DNA from: Felis catus | Taxonomy: Eukaryota | Direction of reading: 5' to 3' | DNA: 64,000 nucleotides | Assembly (NCBI RefSeq): GCF_018350175.1 | Contig: NC_058368.1 | Location: forward strand, 146,694,001-146,758,000 | Shown: positions 1 through 13,546 of the stretch, one piece after another | Layout: each line of letters starts with the position of its first letter | Position numbering within the stretch: the stretch's first letter is position 1 | Notes under the pieces: generated by a model | What the model saw: the letters and a program-made list of their open reading frames with translations, nothing else | Told to the model about the DNA's origin: nothing | The model's database searches: none | Translations under genes and position numbers: made by a program

Positions 1-1335
1 ACTGCTCCCAGAGATGAGCTGCATCTGTTGGATGACTATCGTCTAAATCCCTGGAGCCAAGAAAACATTAAAATCTCTCAGAATTCATCCTTTCCCACAA
101 TTATAGAAAGGGGAATAAATGGTGTGAGAGTCAGGAGACAATTTGACTATCAATTTGGCCACTAAGCCTGACCTATAAAGCAAACATTGATTTCATCTAG
201 TAGGATTTTGTTTCCTTCATCAACTAGTAAGATTAGGGGATGGGGGGGATGGGTTAATAGGTAATGTGGGAAGTTTTCCTGGTACCTAAAATTCCATAAA
301 CATTGCAGTTTTGTTAGTTCTTATGTGTAACTAGTTCAGTATGTTTGTGCGATATGTTTTGTGATAGTCAAAATCATTTCCATTGCTCATCATTTAATAC
401 ATACACTTTAACCCCACCTGTGAGTGGATGAGTCTGAGAGAAGGTTGCCGGTGACAAGGCGGTGCTATGAGCAAGGCTGCTTTCCTGTGAAAATATTTAA
501 AAACTGGCAATCTAGAATCTCTATAGAAGGTATAGCTGCAGCTTACTGACTGTTTAAAATTTAGGTATATATGAAAAATGTTCTCATCCCACCAGGATAC
601 TGGTTATGGTATGCTTGTTACAAAAGAGAAAAAAAATATGCATATGCATGTGTGGTGATGGGATGTGACTTCTGCTATTTCTTTCTAAAGAAACTTAAAA
701 TCATGATGCATTTGCACAAGGAGTTACCTATACTTCCTGTCCTTTGGGGAAGAAGGCACGCAATCCTAGCTGTATCCCATCCAAGCTGTATCCCAGAAGC
801 TGCCTACCGATGAAGAATTTTTTTTTCTCTTGTTGTAAATCTTACTTGACAAGATCCCGTGGCCACCCAGCTATCTCTCTGGGAAGTGGTAAAGGAACTA
901 CTTCCAGAGACTTTGAAGTCCTTCTTCAAATAGAGCATTCATAATCCTATTAGCCGGAATTCTTATCTTATCACTTGAATGATTCTCTTCAGAAAAGTTG
1001 TGTTGGTAAGGACTTAGCCCCAGTTGCTTCACAAATGAGTCAGTAGACATTGCAGCCTAAGAAGTTTTGTCTGGCCCCTCTTCCAGTTTTCTTTCCTGCT
1101 GAAACTGGCTCTAATCAAGGAAACTGCAGTTAGATACTGACTTTTCAGTCCAGAGATGTACAGTCACCCGCTAGGCAGGAATGAGTTGGGCTATCATTAT
1201 CATACTTTCTTCATCATCGTGATCAAATTTTCTTCATATGTAATTTCAGGGACATTGCATTGATACTGGCTTAGGTCTTCTTACTAGCACTTAGATCCCT
1301 GAGGCAAGATGGAATGACGTAGGTGAGTTTAATAA

Positions 1336-1521
<186 letters not shown>

Positions 1522-2777
1522 TAGCAAGCATACTAAGGTTTTGAAGCTCACTCAGTGTCACCATCTTAGTTTTCTTTGCATCTAACTGAACAGAAGTAGC
1601 ATTCTCCATTGCATTTTGATTTACTAAGTCCCTCATCTGAACTACTTAAAAGCCTCTCTCCTACATGAGTCTCCTACTTTGAGAAATACTCACCTCTCAC
1701 ATAGGAAGGCATTTCCTGATCTGCCAGCAGTAGGTGAAACAGCACCCTGTAGGTTGAGTCACATGAAATTGCTATTTGATCATTTTTTGACTTACCAAAA
1801 TGGCCCCTTCTTATGGTTCCATCTCATTCTTCTCAGCTGCTGTCGTAGTTTCTATTTTGAAGATGTGCATATGTTGTCTAAAGTTAAAGACAAAATTGCT
1901 TCCAGTTATTTTTATCCCACTAATTAAATCTGAATTTGTAATAGCACCCTAATCCTACCCTTGGCACAAAATTGGTTCTTATCCACACCGCTAATGGTTT
2001 TAAGCCATAGAAAGTGGGCTTCATGTTAAGGGCATGAACAAATGGAGACTGAAAGCTAATGAAACTTACTACCAGAGCTGTTGAATAACTCCTTAAACTA
2101 GAACAAAGAGGAGAGCAGCTTGCTTTTATGTAGCGAATATGTAGAAGTTTTTTGCTTATGAAGCATTGTTTGATGCTCTGTTAAATATGTTCTCATAAAG
2201 CCTGCTATCTTTTAGAAGTTTGATAGTTAATTTGCGATTTGGATGGAGGTTCATTTAACTTTTTTGCATGGTATTCTTGCCAGTGACTCATCTATGATGA
2301 AAGTAATTATTTTTGAGGATAATTTTGCAGGACTATCTGGTCTAGGTATTCATTGTTTGAAATGCTTTGAGAAAAAACATGTGGCTTCCAAAGTGAGGCT
2401 AGTATGGGAATGATCTGTCACATTTTATCAGGTCACTGAATTTTTGCCAATGGCATAGCTTAATAAAAAAATGGAAAGTTTTTATCATGAGTAAGGTTGG
2501 AAAAATATTTAATTATAGGAAACTGCTAGAGAAATTATTTTCTTATGTCTGATATTTTAATGTTTCTCAGTGTTTGTGAATTAGCTTTTTAGTTTAAAGC
2601 ACACTGGGCAGAAGAACAAAAGATAGTTAGACTATGAGAGATTTTTATGAGCAACTAAACAAAAATCCAGCCAGGAAAGAGGATGCATGATTCACTCTGA
2701 AAATAATTTTCTTTAATACATTTCATCCATATATGGGAAAGGTAGTAAAAATATCTGTGTTGCTTCCCCTCTCCTAG

Positions 2778-2860
2778 GTGTGGGCCATGATTATCAGTGG
2801 ATAGGCCTCAATGACAAGATGTTTGAACATGACTTCCGTTGGACCGATGGCAGCACACTG
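2778..2860 (+). CDS. VCAN: Versican coding exon 12, C-type lectin domain
   Basis: cccctctcctag|GT...ACACTG|gtaatg; 83 nt; (R)[27 protein letters not shown] with the WIGL lectin motif; frame continuous with previous exon. Confidence 0.98.
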
Positions 2861-3156
2861 GTAATGTTGACTGTGCATGAAAAATGATACCAATTCTAGG
2901 ACCTTGGTACTGTGTGCTGATTGCATGTTACAGAGGGTGTATTTGACTGGAGACCAGTTAAGTGACTTGATCAGGGTCACTCAGTGAAATAAATGAGTGT
3001 TAGAATGGAGTTCCATGCTAACTGATCCACAAACAGTGCTCCCATCACTGTGGCTCTCTTTGAAAGAGCAGCACATCAGACTCTGTTGAACTGGAAAACC
3101 ACATAATCAGCAGAATTGCCTTAAGTTTGTCTTTCAGATGGTTATCTTTGCTTTTT

Positions 3157-3378
3157 TTTTTTTTAATTTTTTTTTCAACGTTTATTTATTTTTGGGACAG
3201 AGAGAGACAGAGCATGAACGGGGGAGGGGCAGAGAGAGAGGGAGACACAGCATCGGAAACAGCCTCCAGGCTCCGAGCCATCAGCCCAGAGCCCGACGCG
3301 GGGCTCGAACTTACGGACCGCGAGATCGTGACCTGGCTGAAGTCGGACGCTTAACCGACTGCGCCACCCAGGCGCCCC
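3157..3378 (-). mobile_element. Young felid CanSINE (SINEC_Fc type)
   Basis: Minus strand starts GGGGCGCCTGGGTGGCGCAGTCGGTTAAG, has (CT)n region and A tail, CpGs intact; 14-bp TSD TATCTTTGCTTTTT at 3143-3156 and 3380-3393. Confidence 0.96.
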
Positions 3379-3768
3379 ATATCTTTGCTTTTTATAGCTT
3401 CAAAGGAAAAAGGGGAAGAATAAATGTAAGAGAAAAGGCCTTTAAAAAAATACCTTTCTCTCTTACATAATTTCACTGGAAATCTGCTATATGGCATGGC
3501 TCATTTTTATCCAAACCAAAACGCTCATTTTTTTTCATCTTAAGAAAGATTGTTGAATTATGATCTTGTGGATCTTCTTCCACTCAAACTGCTAATTACA
3601 TAGTTTTGAGCTTTCTCTGCTTCTTAAAGAATGACTTGGTAATACTGGCCAGAACCTTGAGTAGGCTGAAATGAGATTCTTAGGACTGCTGAACCTGTTT
3701 TGAGTCACTATTCTAGATACATGTGAGTGTAATTTTTTTAGAAATAGTTCAAGTGTGGTTAGCTATAC

Positions 3769-3935
3769 TAGTGGTTCTAGGCACTGGCTGTTCATTGGAA
3801 TCACCTGGGGAACATAATTTAACAACCGGTGCCTAGGCATCAGCTCAAATTCATTAAAGCAAAACCTCTGGCAGCTATATTTTCCACGTGCTCTCCAGGT
3901 GATTCTAAAATGCAGACAAGTTGAGATCCACTGGG
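3769..3935. mobile_element. MER5-family hAT-Charlie element
   Basis: agtggttct...ggaatcacctgggg...ccaggtgattctaa...gttgagatccactg. Confidence 0.75.
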
Positions 3936-4219
3936 CTAAACGATAGGTATAAATTCAGTTCTAAATTAGATGAATAGCAGGAGAAATTGAAAATAATTTT
4001 TAAGCTCTTATGTTTAAAATTCATTCATTACCTGCCACTCATCTGAATGTAATGAGTTTGGCCAAACGTTAAGTTCGTCCTAGAACAGATGCCGAAATAA
4101 CCTCTGCTTTTGGAAATTCTACTCTGTTCGAGAAAGCTTTTCTGTGTTCTTGTGGACATACCACTCAGGTCATCTCTGTGTCAGTTGCCATACTCAGCAT
4201 TTTGCATGTGTTTATTCCC

Positions 4220-4365
4220 CCGTAATAATCTTTAAGAGAGGTATTAAATGTTTTACAGGTAAAGAGAGGGAATGTCAGTTAGGTTGAGATTTTTGCCCAG
4301 AGTCACAATTCTACTAAGTGGCAAAGTCAGGATGTGAACTCAGGCCTGTCTTCAAAGCCATGCTT
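4220..4365 (-). mobile_element. MIR fragment
   Basis: ttttacaggtaaagag...ttgcccagagtcaca...ctaagtggcaaagtcaggatgtgaactcagg resembles MIR core. Confidence 0.7.
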
Positions 4366-7300
4366 TATTCTGGCTGACACGTCCTTGATTTGAAAAGGTA
4401 TCCCTTATTACATTTTGCTTTGAGCAACCCTAAAATAAAGTCTGGCTTACCCTCTCTCTGTCATCACTCCTTATGTTTAATCAGCACTATTTGCCATTCA
4501 GGTTCATAAGTAGGTTCTTTGGCAAGATGCAGAAAAAATAGGGAAGGTAGATTGTAAAATATATTCCCAATAAGATCTATCAACCATATCCTCTGGATCA
4601 ATACTCACTGTTCTCTCATTGTCCGAAGTGGATGGTATATCTGCAAAAGTTGCATCTGTGTATTTTTATTTTGCTAAAATAAATAAATATTTCAGGGAGG
4701 ATAATTTTGGTCAGTTAGATTAATGGTGATTGGTATGGTGTGAATCCTTCTGTATTTGAATTGTAATTGAAGATAAACTATTTTGATTTTACTTATAATG
4801 TGTATGTGAATATAAAATTAAAGGATTTTTTATGTATGTTATAGATAGTTAAGACTTTTTATAATTTTGCAAATGTATTTTATACAGTATAGGCATTTAA
4901 CGAGTTTTCTTTTGTTGAATGAATACTTCAGTCCTATGGGGTAACTTGAGTCTTAAGAACCACCATTAAGTCTTCCTCCCACACATGTTCCTTTACACAT
5001 AGCCCACTGAAAAGTACAAGTCCTAGGAGGTCCCATCTGTATTATAGAAGTTAGAACGCCAAGAACTCAGGTAGGGCTCTGGTTGGTGCTTATTTGTTCC
5101 TTGCAGACCTTAACCACAGCTTATCTGAAAGTGTACCTCCATGCTCCCGCTCTGAGCCTGGCATTTGGCGAGGTGTGGTATATGTAAAGTCTGCCATTTG
5201 CTACATACTGACCTGATCAGGCCAAGTCCCCAACTTCAATTTCTCATTGGTTCTATGGAACTGATTTGTCTATTTTCATTCTTAGCATTTTTGTGTGTTA
5301 CAACATGTTTATTCTGGTCATTAGCAGTTCAGCTTTTCAAAGAAGTAGTTTTCTTGCCTGCTTTTTACTATTTATGGTGTCTAGGACAAGGCCCTTATAC
5401 TACCTATGAACTTGGTTAATGACACTGAATCTTGACTTCTAGCTGGCAGCTGGGTGAGGTCTATAAAACATCTTAGGGAATGTTCCTTTCCTGTCAAATG
5501 CCATTCAGGTGAGCTTGATTCATCAGATGTCATTATTCAACTATACCAAAGCAAGCCAAGTCAACTTTTTTTTTTTTTTCTTTGTTTCTTGTGGTCTGTG
5601 TCCATTAAGTTTCAATGGACTGTGAAAAATACTGTATAAAAATAACTTAATTGCCATTTCCATGGCCTAGACTGGTCCTAAATTTGGTAAGTAAGCAAGA
5701 ATTGCACTTTGCAAGAGAGAAATATATTGATCTTCCTAGGAAATTTTCAGGGGAAGATAACATGACCTCATGTAGGTAACTGTACAGTGTAAACAAGAAA
5801 CTTACCCTAAATGAGTTCACGTTTTTACATTGAAACCTAAGGATTATGAAGAGAGCATCAAGTGAGGGTCTTGGTTTGAAGAAGTGAGCAGATGAATTAC
5901 ATAAATAAGCAAAGCGTATCAAAGAAACAATACAAGCAAATCTAGAAAGCACTCTGACAGACCCTTGGTTTCTTCTTAATTCCCTCTTTGTGTCAAATAA
6001 AAGTGTGCTAAGGAGTGTCCCTAACTTTGAACATTTTGAAACAGAAAAGACCATCTGCCCAACAGCCTGTCTCCCTCCCATCTGACTGATCTCTGGCCCA
6101 CTCTGCTTTTGTAACCACCCTCGCCTCTATCCCTTCCTTTCTGACACAGCCTAGGTGTCTCTTAAACTCGTTTGTAGTTCATTCTGCAGCCACCATCCCC
6201 TTAACAGGTTCCATATGTTTGCAGGCTTTGAATAAAATAGTTCTTCTTTGTTTCGCTGTTTACTCCAAATGTCTTGCCTTTGAAAAGATCCCTAATAGTA
6301 AACTCTACATCAGAGAAAGCAGTATCCGCTTACACTTGGAAATGGTGTTACCTTGACTGTGTGCAATTTTAAGGACTTTGTTTATGTTTTAGAGTGATTT
6401 CTCCCTTCTCCCCTTTGCCCCCATTTTTTGTTTGAAAGATTTATTAGAGCTTATTCTTCTTGGGAGGTAGAGCAGTATTAAAACAAAAAGGACCTTTGAT
6501 ATTTACTGTATATTATCTTCTGTTATTCAGCCTTACAATTCAGTAAAAGCAAACAAGTTTCTATTAGGTTTTTCAGTCTCAATAATTTCTTTTCTTAAAA
6601 TAATTAAGCTCTGCTTCAATAAACTTGCAGTATAATTATATCGTAGTTAACAGGATTATGCTATATCGCGAGATGTCGATTTATATGCTTGTACTACATT
6701 AATAGTGTTATTTGGCCAAGTTATCTAAATTGCCCTTGTTCTTCAGATTCTGATTGATTCATTCCACGTTACTGGCCTCTGTAATATGGTGTGGATAACA
6801 TGCCAAATTCTTGCTTTTGTTGTATTTTCAAAATCTTTTTTATTATCATTTGGGGGGTTTACCCAGTAAGTTTCACAGAAGTGTACTCAGAGGGAAATTG
6901 GGTCTAGCCTTAACCTTTGTGATTTTTATTAAGGTTATTTTCTCTTGACACATTCCAGTTTTTATTTTCTCACTAGGTTTTCTAACAACCAGTCACACTT
7001 CGTGTCTTAGTTTTCTATTGACGAGTTGTTCTTTAACTTGACTATTGATCTCTTAATAGCGAAATGCCCCAAGTACTTTATTAGAAACTCAGACAAATAA
7101 CTTCAGTAATGAATAACTTCACTTGTCACCCAAGTGATGTCTTCAAAGACACTAAGTTAAACTATCCAAGTTAAATACACATTAAAGCTGGCAAACTTAA
7201 ACAAACATTTCTTATCTAGCTTCCATACTTTTAGTTGAGTTTTAAGTTCTTTCTTTAACCTAATTGTTAAATGAATGACTAGTCTGAAGTGTTTCCCCCT

Positions 7301-7821
7301 GATATGTTTCCAGTGCCTATGACCTGCTCTTTCCCTTACTATGAACTCTTGTTACTCTCTTCCTGAAATCCTGCAATATCTTCCTCTTGCCTTCAGTATA
7401 AAATTCTAATTATGAGCCTGGCATACCAAGCCCACTATTCCACCTGCCACTTCCTAAGCAATATCATCTCAAAATACTCACAGTTCCTGGAATAAGCCGT
7501 GACATCTAACTCCTGAGGATCTTTGCATACTCCTGCCCTAGTGCTTAGAATAATTTTATTTAATAAATGTTCATATGCCTTGCTTAGGCAAGAGTCTCCT
7601 TCCAGGAAGCCTTCCCAGTTGACTGTGACTAAGAGCTCCTCTACTTGTTCCAGAAGCCTCTTGTGTCCTCTTTGCATCTGACCACTGACCTCCGTGGGGC
7701 TAATTTCCTGACACTGAGCTTTCTGAGGCAGGGATTAACCTTCATTTCTATTTTTTCAGCACCTAGTGGAATTGTTGACAAAAATAGATACTTAATGTTT
7801 TTTGAATGCTAATTAATATTT

Positions 7822-8021
7822 TTTAATGTTTATTTTTGACAGAGGGGTGGGGGAGAATGTGGGCAAGCAAGGGAGGGGCAGAGAGAGAGGGGGACAGAAG
7901 ATGGGAAGCAGGCTCTGAGCTGACAGCACAAAGCCCAACGCAGGGCTCAAACTCATGAACCATGAGATCATGACCTGAGCTGAAGTCGGACTCTTAACCG
8001 ACTGAGCCACCCAGGCACCCC
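7822..8021 (-). mobile_element. CanSINE
   Basis: tRNA-derived head ending at 8021; TSD TGAATGCTAATTAATATTT (7803-7821) vs TGAATGATAATTAATATTT (8022-8040). Confidence 0.93.
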
Positions 8022-10799
8022 TGAATGATAATTAATATTTATACATTGCTCAATCATCTTATTCTGTTATGTTCTGAATCATGAAATGACCAATTAAGTC
8101 TTTTGGGTGAATCACTTTGTGACGATTCTTGTTTATCTAAGTTAAATATTTAATTTAATGATTTAATGTTGTACCAGTATGAAAAACATTAAAACATAAT
8201 AGATGAGATTTCAAAAATGGTGAAAAAAAAGTTCCCCCAAAACAAATATATATATATATATATATATGGCTGAGTGTACTGCCTAGTGGAAATGATGACA
8301 GTTTTGTCCATGGTTGTCCCAAGAATACATTTACAATAAGCTCTGGGAAGAAAAAATGGAAAGCAAACCTTTCAGCCTCTGCCACCCCTGCAGGTTTGAG
8401 TTATATCAGGGCAGATTTTCCATGAAGCTTTAGGAAACCAACAATTACTCAAAACTTTGAAGGAGGATTTTTTTTCAAGATAGGCACATATTCTGTCATT
8501 ATACTTTCTGCAGAAAAATTACTTAGAAAACCCATATTATCCAAATCCAAAATGTAGTAGAACACACAAAAGAAAATCTTATCCCTGAATGTTATTTTAT
8601 TTTTTATAGTTTGGTTGACTAAGGATGAATTGGTTGCCTAAGGCTGGACAGAGCTTCATTTATTCATCCTCTATCTGAGTCTGTTCTTTCAAGCATAGAG
8701 GCAGCCAGACATGAGAGAACAGCATGGAATCATTTATACTGTCCTATCTATATATTTCCTAGCAAAATCATTTTCACAACTTTCTGTACAACTACAGACT
8801 ACAGACAACTGTCCATGGAGAGCACAATCAGGCATTGGAAACTGTTAGGTGCCTTCATGACACTACTTTTTATAACATATCTCCCAAACAATTGGCTTAA
8901 ATTCAACCCCTGGACCTCAGAGGTTTAAAGCTGTTATCATCATGCTCCCTCCTCTCTCTGACCCCCAGGCATAAATTCTCACAAGGGGAGAATTTGGTCC
9001 TTTCTCTCTTCTCTTTAGTGAGTTTTTGCAGCACCACTAAAGCGCACCCCTCACCACTGGGGATTGGATGCTTCAGTGGATCAGAAGCAGTTACTTCAAA
9101 GGAAAATGTCACCTTCGATAGTGTTGTACAGAGGTTGAGGATTGAATAGAACTGACAACCCAGTTTCCTTTTAAAAATGTTGAGGAGCCTTGGAGTGTTT
9201 GATTTGTTTGGCAAGAAACAAAACAAAACGAAAAACCAGAAACAAAACAAAAAGCAGAAACAAACAAACAAACAAAAATCTTTCCATGTCTCTTTCACAT
9301 TTTCCTTCTATCGTCTCTATTTTGTCCACACTCAGGCAAGCCCTGAAAGGCTGCTGGCTTGTCAGCTTCCTGGGAAGTAGCCACAGCCCTCTTCTCACTG
9401 TCCAGTACTATTAGAGGAAACAGAAAACCTTCCTCTCCTCCGCACTTGTCTAAATCTTTTCAGGAAGTTCTCAAACAAGTTACTAATTCACAGAACCATA
9501 AAGGTCTTATTTTCTAGCTCTAACCAGCTCATCTTGCCCCTCGATAGTTCTGACAGAGGTTGCAAAAAGCTAATTGGTAGCCTTTTGCACTTAAAAAAAT
9601 ACTACTTGAAAAAATATTTCTGGAAGGTAACTGAATTTTGCCTTTTTTGTTTGTTCTCATCTTGGTAAGCATGTTCAGCACTGGCAAGCTGGCATACCTA
9701 GAATTTGGGACACCCAGTCACCCTCCTGGTTAGGGTTGATGCATGAGAATCGCCAGATTTGTGGATGGACTTTAAATACAGAGACCCCTTTCCTTTTTTC
9801 ATAAATAAACTCATCAGTCTGTCAAGCAAAGTATTGTGAGAAAAACCAGCTTTGAAAAAAGGTAGAAACAATGAAGAAATAGCCCTTAACTCAGGAATAA
9901 ACACTTTAAGGGGGCAGAGAAAAGGAGTAACAAGTTGCAGGCCATAAACCATTAATTTTTTTTCTACAGGAAGGTATCATTATTACCCTTTTATAAACAC
10001 AAAGGTTCCTCTCCTCCTCCCTCTCCCAGATGTCTTGGACATCGAAAAGAGAATCAAGAGTATGAGCTAATTCCCAGTGTTTTCTAAACTCGTTTGTAGG
10101 TTTCTGCTCATTTGAAAGGATTGTCCATGATTTGGCAGAAAACAGTGCAAAACAAAACCCCCGAACTGAAAACTTAAGTTTTACTTTGTCTACCTGAAAA
10201 CATTAGAAAACGCTCTGTAAAGTGTTTGCAGATGGATATGTGTCAGCTGTGGTGTGGTTTGAGATCCAAGTCAGATGCCACTTGTCTGTGAACAAGTCAC
10301 ACCGCATATCAACATTAATTTAATTATGTTAAACTTCACAGACTTCATTATATTAACCTAAAAGCCAAGGAAAACATATGCTGTTTCCTCATCCTTTAAC
10401 ACATTACTCATGAGTGGAAGAATTCTCAGTTTCTGTTCTGCCCAAGACCATTCAGCTCTTAATAAAAATTTTTACTTGTGTTGCAGTTCAGTTTGATTTG
10501 AAACCAAGAACTGGTTCCTGTGATTCTACGTGTGAAATATAACCAGTCATAGAAGTTCTGGAACACAAAACCCTCATCTCCTCCTTGCCTTTACTTGCAC
10601 GCAGATATCTAGTGATAGGTGACAGGGCTGGAAGAACACTTACCATCACTGGAAAATCATTTCATAATTGACAAGATTCTCCTTAAAAAAAAAAAAAATA
10701 TCAATTCCTTCTCACAGATGCTTTCCCAGCAGCTCTATGAAACTCTAAAATCATGTACAGATATTTAAATTTAATTGCTAATTACTTTAAGGCAATTCA

Positions 10800-11560
10800 T
10801 GGAAAAGGCAAACAAAACTGTGGAATGGGTTTTGGCAGTTCCCCACTGCATTTGGATCGTTAGCGCTTCCTGCCTGAAGACCTGCGCAAACAAGCTTGGG
10901 GTGAGGGAACCCACTGGCTCCTTCCGAGGTGGGGGTTAAATGCAAAGGGCTCCGTGGGGCTCTGCCTGCCCCTCCCCCATTCCAAGTGCTCTCGCGGTGG
11001 GAGGAACTCACATCCTTTAGAAAATGCTGTTGATAATTACAGCTTTGTAGGGCAGTGAGCTCACGCTATTACATGAGATTAGTGCTGTACTCAAGAGCTG
11101 CCAGATTGTCTCTCCCGCACAGAGACTTGCCAGCTAGGAAAATAATGGGCATATTGCCATTTTAACAGCTATCAGGAGACCCCAAGTTAGTTTTTCTTCC
11201 CTTCAGCATATTCATGTTTGTAGGATCCAACTCCAGCCTACCAGCCCAGGGCAGTGACGCAAAACAAATGTCTCTTTCTCCTTTAAAACAAAGCTGCTCT
11301 TTTCCTTTTTGTTGTTCAACTAAAAGACAACAGCAAGACTATAACCTCCCTTAAAACATAAATAAATAAGGACCCAGACTGGAGTAACGTTAAGCAAGTA
11401 CAAGGATCAGAAGAGGTAGATCTCTACCTCGCAGGGAGGTCATTTGCCCCCTAGGAGTTGAATAAAGCAAAGTTAAATGTACCCCCCCACAGACTGAAAA
11501 CAAACGCCTATTGTGCAGCATAGCCATCTAGGGGGAGAAAAGGCATTTTAAAGTTACCAA
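10800..11560. promoter_or_regulatory. Candidate intronic enhancer/promoter
   Basis: Local GC and CpG enrichment without recognisable repeat; CATTCCA (10978), TGACGCAA (11255), AACAAA motifs, two CTAGGGGG cores in opposite orientation. Confidence 0.45.
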
Positions 11561-13501
11561 ATGTTTTGATTTCTGTAATAAGTAGTGCTCCTCACTTCCT
11601 TGCAGATAACTGGTTGACCTATGTTCTGAAAGGCTGAGGGTAACCCAGAGTGGTTACTCTGAGTTCTTTATTTTGTGAAAAGGTGGTTTCTTATCAGCAT
11701 ACGTTTCAAACGTTTCAAACGGGTAAGCGGTCCTCTTGGGAAAGTGTTTCTATTTGTGGAGTTGGCTTTTATACTCTGTGGTTATCTGTTTCTCCTTGGC
11801 ATCAGTGGCATTTGGCTAATACTTGTAGCTCTGAGAATACGGCCATGGCGCTGTCCCTTGCAGGTGATGATAGGGGTTTGCACACAGAAGTCAGCTTTTA
11901 GTACAGGTACCACGTTTTATGGCTAGTCTAGGTAAGTTTTTACCTACAAAAAAAAAAAAAAAACTAAATGTGAATCACACCGCAGGCAGTAATTTGAGCA
12001 CATACGTGTTTGTTTATAATCTGCCCTGTTGTAAGGATTTGAGGTGGGTATTATAGATTTTACTTTGCTTCTGATGCAGTTTCAGCATTGATGTAAATAT
12101 AAATAATCTGATAATTTTAAAAGAAAAAATGGAGAAAAATAAACTATTGTAGATAACATTCTAGTCAGATTGAAAATTCGGATTATAGCTGCCATGACCT
12201 GTAACGGAACAGAATGCAATCACATTGTTAAATACTGTTTAGCTGAGGTCCATCTTCTAGCAAAGTGTTCTCTTCATGCTTTCCCTCACAAAACTGAGAG
12301 AACATTTCACATATAATCATTTCATCTTGATACATGAAGTAAATAATCATGATTTGGGGGGGTATTGTAAATTCTGTTTTAAGTAACTTAGTTGGTAATT
12401 CATGATATATTAATAGATGGATATCACCACCTAGTGGTCATATTGTATTTTGTGTTTCAAAACTTCACATTCCCAGAATTCCACTTAGAACTACGAAGGA
12501 ATAGTATTCCTGGTGAATTAAGTTCCTTTAGTCTGGAGTTTAAAATATACTATATACTTATTGTGAAGCTGAAAGTTAAATGTGAAATTAGATAATTTTT
12601 CAAACGCAGCGTGAAGTTAACACACAGAGTCACATGCTTAGTAAAATCCTAGCAACTGAGGCAAATATTAGAGCCAACGTTTCTCATATCTTCACTTTAT
12701 ACACAGTAATAGAACACAGTGGAAAGTTTTCCTTGGCAACTTACTTTGGTATGTGAACCTAGAGGACATTTTTGGTTTTCTTATGAAAGCTTTTCACAGA
12801 GAATTAAATTAGCAGTGTTTGGGGGGAGGGAGAGTAGATAGAAAGCAGCGACTGGACTGTTAGATTTAGTATGTTCTCCCATCAATTACAATAAAATATT
12901 ATGTCATAGGAGAGCTTCACTGGGCAAATGTCAAGAATGGTTTTTACCAATGGAATGTGTGTGATTATTTAAATGTGCTTGGCAAAATCCATAATAGTTC
13001 TGAAACATAGAGACTTTAATTGGCCATTTAAGATAATTTAAATTATAGTGAATTTTAAAGAATAAAAAGTGACTGTATCTAAGCTGAAAAATTATAGCAA
13101 AAAGTGTGCATAGGTAGATGATAGTTATATAGATAGATGAAAGAAGGCCCTTGGCAGCTGCAGATTCAGGATTTCAAGTTTTGCAGTTTCAGTTACACAT
13201 GAGATACCCTGAAGATTCACAAGATGAAATAATTCGTACTTTTTTTTCCTCAGGTACAAATTTGAAGTGTATCTAGTGGCTGGCTAGTGTGTGAGAATTG
13301 TTCAATTAGCTATCAAATCTGTCTGGTGGGTAGCTCAGTTTTTGCATTTCCAGAGGTCTATTGCTGTTTATTCTGCTAAACTTTGAACCATTTTGGATCA
13401 TATTTATGGCGGGAACCTATCTGCCACCAGGTGTGTGGGAATAGGGACATTTCTAAAGATCTTAGATAATTCTTCCCTAGTGCCAGGAAGTTCTGTATTT
13501 G

Positions 13502-13504
<3 letters not shown>

Positions 13505-13542
<38 letters not shown>
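13505..13542. repeat. (GT)n microsatellite
   Basis: About 19 perfect GT units. Confidence 0.97.

Positions 13543-13546
<4 letters not shown>

Noticed and set aside
571..944. Short ORFs and a 12-bp near-tandem repeat (agctgtatccca) upstream of exon 11
   Set aside because: No EGF-like Cys pattern or versican similarity; preceding exons lie outside the window
3127..3470. ORFs over SINEs (also 7813, 17095, 30206, 43053, 44592, 44995, 55589)
   Set aside because: They are translations of CanSINE and microsatellite sequence, not genes
6163..10099. 15-mer TAAACTCGTTTGTAG repeated at 6163 and 10085
   Set aside because: About one or two exact 15-mer pairs are expected by chance in 64 kb; no extended homology
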